64,000 nucleotides of DNA, from positions 4,256,001 through 4,320,000 of the forward strand of contig NZ_JAQNDL010000001.1 of NCBI RefSeq assembly GCF_028368995.1, read 5' to 3'. Positions 59,123 through 64,000 of this stretch are shown here, in pieces. Source of the stretch: Nannocystis bainbridge (GTDB lineage: Bacteria; Myxococcota_A; Polyangia; Nannocystales; Nannocystaceae). The notes beneath the pieces are model-generated. The model saw nothing but the letters and a program-made list of their open reading frames with translations. It ran no database searches and was not told the DNA's origin. How positions within the stretch are numbered: the stretch's first letter is position 1; each line of letters begins with the position of its first letter. A program made the position numbers and the translations under genes.

Positions 59123-59409
59123 GGGCCGCTCGCGGAGACAGGCAACCTACGAAACGAAAAGGGGCCATGCAAGGCCCGCGGCGCGCCGGAGATCGCTCGA
59201 GCGGGCCGTGGGGATTGCTAGATCCACCACGTGCCCCGGGAGGGGCAGAGCGGGCGGGTACTGCGGCCGATCGCCGGAAATTCGCGGCGCTGCGTGGCCC
59301 CGGCGAAAATCGCCGAAAATTTGACAGGCCCGTCCGCGGCCTCGTGACGGCCCCTCACGCCTGTCGGGGTCGGTGTCCGGCGGGGTCGGCGTGGTAGCGT
59401 GAGGACCGG

Positions 59410-60528
59410 GTGTTCACGACGGTCTTCGCCGCGGCCGCCATGGTCCTGACCCTGGCCCTGCCGCCCTTCCCGCAGGGCCTGACGATCCCGATCACGATGT
59501 ACCTGCTGCTGGTGGTGCTGGCGGGCTTCGGCGGGTTCCTGCGCTCGTCCGCGGCCCGGGCGCAGGTCACCCTGCTGCTGCCGTGGGTGCTGGCGCTGAT
59601 CGTCGGCCTCGCCGTCGGCACGATCGGCGGCAACTCGCTCGGGCAGTCGCTGGAGGACGCCCTCTCGTACGTGCTGTTCGCGCTCGGGCTGTGCGCCGGG
59701 CGAGCCGCGTACCGGCCGCTGTGGCTGTTCGCGGCGGTGCTGCTGGTCGCGGTGGTCGACGGCGTGGCCTCGCTGTACTTGATGCCGACGTGGGACCTCA
59801 GCCGTTACCGCTCGGTCTACAACTACTTTAAGATGGCGATCGGGCACCCGCTGGTCGGGCTGTTCTGCGCCGCGTTCCTGCTGCATTTCGTGCGCAACCG
59901 GACCCTGCGGCGGGTCTGTTCGCTTTCGCACGCGGTGCTGATCGTCGTCGTCGTCGCCACGGTGAGCCGCGGCATGGTGCTCGGCATGACGCTCGGTTGG
60001 TTGACGAGCCTGACGGTCCGCTCGCCGCGAAAGGGCGCGCTGGTGGTCGGGCTCGGGGTGATCGGGGCGGTGGTGTTCGCCACGGTGCTGTCGGACTTCG
60101 CGGTGACGTACCTGCGCCTGGGGCAGCAGGGCACGGTCGACGCGCGGGTGCGAGAGATCGAGGAGTGCCTGCACATCTTCGCCGAGAACCCGATCTTCGG
60201 CGCCGGCCTCGGGGCGGAACTCGAGGTCGACGGCCATCATGCCAGTTACGTGCACAACATGGTCGCGTACCACCTGTGGAAGTTCGGGCTGGTCGGCTCG
60301 GCGCTGTTCGCCCTGCCGGTGTTCTCGCTGGCGCGCCAGGCGATGCGGGCGCCGCAGCACCTGCGCGCGACGATCTTCGCCGGGGCGGCGGCCGTGATGC
60401 TGTACGTGGTCACGGCCGCGTCGTACAAGAGCTACATCCTCGTGCCGATGGTCGGCATCGTGGTCGGCGCGGCGCTGCAGGTCTCGCTGCCGGCGCGGCA
60501 ACAACATGTCTCGAAGGCCAGCTCATGA
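59410..60528 (+). CDS. O-antigen ligase/Wzy-like membrane protein
   Basis: About 10 TM helices; TVSRG, NPIFGAGLG, YVHN. Confidence 0.8.
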   Translation: MFTTVFAAAAMVLTLALPPFPQGLTIPITMYLLLVVLAGFGGFLRSSAARAQVTLLLPWVLALIVGLAVGTIGGNSLGQSLEDALSYVLFALGLCAGRAAYRPLWLFAAVLLVAVVDGVASLYLMPTWDLSRYRSVYNYFKMAIGHPLVGLFCAAFLLHFVRNRTLRRVCSLSHAVLIVVVVATVSRGMVLGMTLGWLTSLTVRSPRKGALVVGLGVIGAVVFATVLSDFAVTYLRLGQQGTVDARVREIEECLHIFAENPIFGAGLGAELEVDGHHASYVHNMVAYHLWKFGLVGSALFALPVFSLARQAMRAPQHLRATIFAGAAAVMLYVVTAASYKSYILVPMVGIVVGAALQVSLPARQQHVSKASS

Positions 60529-61394
60529 CACCGTTCGCCGTCGTCATCCTCACGCGTGACGAGGAGCTCAACCTGCCGAAGGCGCTGGCGTCGATCGCGG
60601 GCCGCTGCCCGGTGCTGATCGTCGACTCGAACTCGGTCGACCGCACCGAGGCGGTCGCGGGCGAGTACAAGGCCGAGTTCGTGGTCCACAAGTTCGAGGA
60701 CTACTCGAAGCAGCGCAACTGGGCGCTGGAGCAGGTCGAGGACCGGTTCGAGTGGATCTACTTCCTCGACGCCGACGAGGAGTTCACGCCGGCGCTGTGG
60801 GACGAGGTCCAGGCGACGATCCGGCGCGACGACCTCGACGGCGCCTATGTCCGCTGGGACGTGCGCATCCTCGGCCGCAAGCTCAAGCACGGCGAGTTCA
60901 CCCACGCGATGATGCTGCGGCTGATGCGGCCCAAGGTGGCCCGCTTCAGCCGCGGGATCAACGAGCGCGTCGACGACAAGGACCTGCGGATCACCGTGCT
61001 CAAGGCGCGCATGATCCACCGCGACGCCAAGCCGATGTCCGAGCTGTTCCGCAAGCACGTCGGCTACGCCGCGCGCGAGGCCAGGGTCTACGTCGACGGC
61101 CTGAGCCAGCAGCAGCGGCTCGCCGAGCTGCACCTGCGCACCAAGGCCGGGCGGGTGGCGGTGCTGCGGCGGGTCTACAACAAGCTGCCGCTGTTCGTGC
61201 GGCCGTTCATCAACTTCAGCCGGGCCATGGGCCTCGGCGCCTGGCGCGACGGGATCCCCGGGGTCCTGCACGCCGGCATGCACGCGCTGTGGTACCCGAT
61301 GCTGATCGACCTGCTGATCCACGAGGAGCTGCTGCGCCGGGCCGGCAAGCTCGACGAGGAGTTCGCGCCTCGCTGGGGCGGGGAGGACGCGTAG
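60525..61394 (+). CDS. Family 2 glycosyltransferase
   Basis: VILTRDEELNL, VDSNSVDRT, QRNWAL, FLDADE; ATGA overlap with the upstream gene. Confidence 0.92.
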   Translation: MTPFAVVILTRDEELNLPKALASIAGRCPVLIVDSNSVDRTEAVAGEYKAEFVVHKFEDYSKQRNWALEQVEDRFEWIYFLDADEEFTPALWDEVQATIRRDDLDGAYVRWDVRILGRKLKHGEFTHAMMLRLMRPKVARFSRGINERVDDKDLRITVLKARMIHRDAKPMSELFRKHVGYAAREARVYVDGLSQQQRLAELHLRTKAGRVAVLRRVYNKLPLFVRPFINFSRAMGLGAWRDGIPGVLHAGMHALWYPMLIDLLIHEELLRRAGKLDEEFAPRWGGEDA

Positions 61395-62077
61395 TGGCGG
61401 CGCGCTTCTTCAAGGGGCTGCTGACGCGGATCGGCGCGCGCCTGTCCTCGCGGACAGTTCACAAATTCAACGCGGCGCTCAACTACGTCGAGGTCGGGCG
61501 GTGGATGGCGGCCCGCGGGTTCGACACGTCGCGCCGCGCGGCCCACCGCTTCGAGATCTACGAGCAGATCGCGCGCGAGCTCGGCGAGGCGCGGGTGCTC
61601 TACCTCGAGTTCGGCGTGCACCGCGGCGAGTCGATCGCGCGCTGGTCCGAGCTGCTCCAGGGTCCAGGTTGCCGGCTGGTCGGCTTCGACAGCTTCGAGG
61701 GCCTGCCCGAGGACTGGACCGCGATCGACCGCAAGGGCACGTTCTCGACCGGGGGCGCGGCGCCGGCGTTGAGCGACCCGCGGGTGTCGTTCGTCAAGGG
61801 CTGGTTCGACGCGACGCTGCCGGCCTTCGAAGTGCCGCCGCACGAGCGGCTGGTGCTGCACTTCGACGCCGACCTCTACAGCTCGACGCGCACGGCCCTG
61901 CAGGCGTTCGAGCCGCACATGTCCGTCGGGACATATTTGATCTTCGACGAGTTCGCCGACCGCAACCACGAGCTGCGCGCGTTCGAGGAGTTCTGGGCGA
62001 CGCACCCGGAGTGGGGCTTCCGCCTGGTCGGCTGCGACTCGATCCTCGCGCGCGTGGCCTTCGAGAGGGTGCGGTAG
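61394..62077 (+). CDS. TylF/MycF-type O-methyltransferase
   Basis: YLEFGVHRG, GFDSFEGLPEDW, VKGWFDATL, HFDADLYSST, IFDE. Confidence 0.88.
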   Translation: MAARFFKGLLTRIGARLSSRTVHKFNAALNYVEVGRWMAARGFDTSRRAAHRFEIYEQIARELGEARVLYLEFGVHRGESIARWSELLQGPGCRLVGFDSFEGLPEDWTAIDRKGTFSTGGAAPALSDPRVSFVKGWFDATLPAFEVPPHERLVLHFDADLYSSTRTALQAFEPHMSVGTYLIFDEFADRNHELRAFEEFWATHPEWGFRLVGCDSILARVAFERVR

Positions 62078-62102
62078 TGGGCGAGCGAGCGAGCGGCGCG
62101 CG

Positions 62103-63317
62103 GTGAGCGAGCGGCGACAGCCGGCTCCGCGCGGGCACAGGTCGGCGTTCGCGTGGATGGCCGGGCTGTCGGTCGTGACGCTGCTGCTCGGGGCCACGCG
62201 CGAGTTCCTGATCGCCCGCGAGCTGCGGGCCAGCGGCGCGGCCGACCTGTTCTTCCGCGGCCTGGTCGCGATCTCGGCGGCCCGCATGGTCGGCCTGTCG
62301 CTGTATCGGTCGCGGTGGTTCCCCGCGCCGCGCGAGCTGCTCGGGACCGCGCTCCTGCGACAGGAGCGATGGGTCAGCCTGGCGATGGCCGCGGCCGGCG
62401 TGGCCGCGCTGCTGGCGATCGTCGGGCCGCACGCGTGGGCCGACCCCACCGTGTGGGTGTTCGCGGTCGGCGTGGGCCTCGCGGTCCACGGCTCGGCGCT
62501 GCGCGCCCTGGCCGAGCGGGCCGGACGGGAGCGCCGCGGGTTCGCGCTCGAGTGGGGCATCCCGCTCGGGACCATCGCCGGGGCGACGCTGCTGCCGGGC
62601 GGGGCGCTGGGACCTTCGCTCGGGCTGGTCGCGGGGCTGGCGGTCGGCGTCGCGGGGGTGTGGCCTGCTGCGCGCTGTCCCGGAGGACATGACACAAAGG
62701 ACATGCCCCATGAGACACCCGGGCGGACGCGGGCGCTGCTGATCGACGCCCTGGTGTACGCCAACCTCGGGCTGCTCGACGCGGCGCTGTCGCACCTGTT
62801 CGTGGTCGGCGGGTTCGCGCGGCTGAACTACGCCTACCTGTTCGTCAACGCCGCGATCATGGTGCCGTCGGCCGCGGCGACGGTGGTGGCGTTGCGGGCC
62901 TCGGCCGGCGACCCGGCACGCGCCCACGCGGCGCTGCGGCGCTGGGCGGTGCTCGGCGGGTTCACCGGCGCAGGGGCGGTCGCGGCGGTGGGGCTGCTGT
63001 TCACGTGGCAGCCGGCGGCGACGGTGGTCGATCGGGCGATCGGCTGGGACGTGGCGGCACAGACGGGCTTGCTGATCCTGTGGAGCGCGCCGTTCGCCGG
63101 GCTGCGCCTCGCCAACACGATCGGCAGGCAGTCACAGGTCGCCGCCGACCCGCGCGGGCTGCTGGCGTGGGACCTCGGCGGGATCGCCGGTCGCGCGCTC
63201 ATCCTCGGGTTCGGCGCGAGCCTCGTGGGGCTGGTCGCGTCGCCGATCGGGCTGGCCTTCGCCGAAGCGGTGCAGCTCGGCGCGTGGTGGCACGGGCCGC
63301 GACGCAAGGGCGAGTGA
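62103..63317 (+). CDS. MurJ/Wzx-like flippase (divergent)
   Basis: LLGATREFLIA...AADLFF (MurJ-type start), ARLNYA; multiple TM helices. Confidence 0.65.
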   Translation: MSERRQPAPRGHRSAFAWMAGLSVVTLLLGATREFLIARELRASGAADLFFRGLVAISAARMVGLSLYRSRWFPAPRELLGTALLRQERWVSLAMAAAGVAALLAIVGPHAWADPTVWVFAVGVGLAVHGSALRALAERAGRERRGFALEWGIPLGTIAGATLLPGGALGPSLGLVAGLAVGVAGVWPAARCPGGHDTKDMPHETPGRTRALLIDALVYANLGLLDAALSHLFVVGGFARLNYAYLFVNAAIMVPSAAATVVALRASAGDPARAHAALRRWAVLGGFTGAGAVAAVGLLFTWQPAATVVDRAIGWDVAAQTGLLILWSAPFAGLRLANTIGRQSQVAADPRGLLAWDLGGIAGRALILGFGASLVGLVASPIGLAFAEAVQLGAWWHGPRRKGE

Positions 63318-63411
63318 CTCTCACGGCGACGTACGTCGCGCGGCTGACGGTGCGTGGCGCCGCAGCGTCTGCCAGCGCGACGCCCGGGCCCACCACGAAG
63401 CGCCGAGGTTT

Positions 63412-64000
63412 CTAGCGGGCCACCGCGTAGACCTCGAAGCCGGTGCCGAGGCCGGCGCGGTCGACCAGGCGGGCGACCGGTTCGGCGGCGAGAGCGAGGC
63501 CCGCCGACACCGCGCGGGCGGGCAGCGAGCTGCCGAGGGCGAAGCGCTGGAAGCCGCGGCTGAGGGCCGCGCGGTCGAGGCCGGAGAAGCTGGTCCAGCG
63601 GACCGGGTCGAAATCGGCGGCGCCGAGCAGGGTCTGCAGGCCGCGGCGGCTGAACAGCGACAGGTGGTCGGGCGGGATCACCATCGGGAAGCGGGGCCCG
63701 AGCGCGCGCGCCGGCAGGCCCGAGCTCGACGGGGTCGAGAGCGCCAAAAAGCCGCCAGGACGCAGCCACTTGCGGGCCTGCAGCAAGATGTCCTTGGGGA
63801 CAGCCACGTGCTCGACGACCTCCCACAGCGCCACCGCGTCGAAGCGCGGCGCCGGCGGGCCGAAGTCGGAGAACCACAGCTCGTGCACGACGTGACCGCG
63901 GCGGCGCGGGCCCTCGGCCGTGCGAGCGCGGTCGACGCCCTCGACCTGCATGCCGAGGTCGCGGCAGGCGTCGAGGAAATGACCCGGGCCGCAGCCGACC
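63412..64000 (-). CDS. Class I SAM methyltransferase (5' truncated by window edge)
   Basis: VGCGPGHFL at the window edge; FDAVALWEVVEHV, LRPGG..ALSTP, PPDHL. Confidence 0.85.
   Translation of the reverse strand, partial: VGCGPGHFLDACRDLGMQVEGVDRARTAEGPRRRGHVVHELWFSDFGPPAPRFDAVALWEVVEHVAVPKDILLQARKWLRPGGFLALSTPSSSGLPARALGPRFPMVIPPDHLSLFSRRGLQTLLGAADFDPVRWTSFSGLDRAALSRGFQRFALGSSLPARAVSAGLALAAEPVARLVDRAGLGTGFEVYAVAR

Noticed and set aside
45508-59221. Very long + strand ORFs (45508..50772, 51381..56246, 56096..59221) and similar ones (1286..3604, 26238..28478, 35633..37996)
   Set aside because: Antisense shadows of well-supported genes in high-GC DNA; no recognisable motifs.
59390-59401. ops/JUMPstart-like CGTGGTAGCGTG before the glycan cluster
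   Set aside because: Two mismatches to GGCGGTAGCGTG, and it is equally explained as the TAGCGT -10 hexamer seen before other start codons here.

Overview
A very GC-rich chromosomal window that looks myxobacterial (Nannocystis/Polyangia-like: MYXO-CTERM tail, many Thr-rich and Cys-rich lipoproteins, ADYC protein, kinase-STAND-FGE fusion); the taxonomy is an inference. It holds about 45 genes: tRNA-Arg(UCG), an S8 protease, bfd-bfr with two Fur-type boxes, two S41 proteases, Crp/Fnr and XRE regulators, a TonB-dependent receptor, proC, comEA, a PA0069-type radical SAM protein, a SWIM-SNF2 helicase, a three-gene HTTM/SdpA-like membrane module, addBA-like genes and a surface-polysaccharide cluster. 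I found no integrase, transposase, reverse transcriptase or CRISPR array. The strongest unexplained signal is a 14-bp dyad, TGTC(Y)-N4-(R)GACA. I counted 34 perfect TGTC-N6-GACA copies by eye, against roughly 0.4 expected by chance. It also forms head-to-tail arrays phased at exactly 14 bp, both between genes and inside reading frames (often 3 x 14 = 42 bp). Other signals: a ~194-nt structured ncRNA candidate, downstream 'echo' copies of gene 3' ends, an AddA with a ~500-aa repeat-rich extension and an apparently dead nuclease, and many genes that look leaderless. Family assignments come from recognising motifs by eye, not from database searches.
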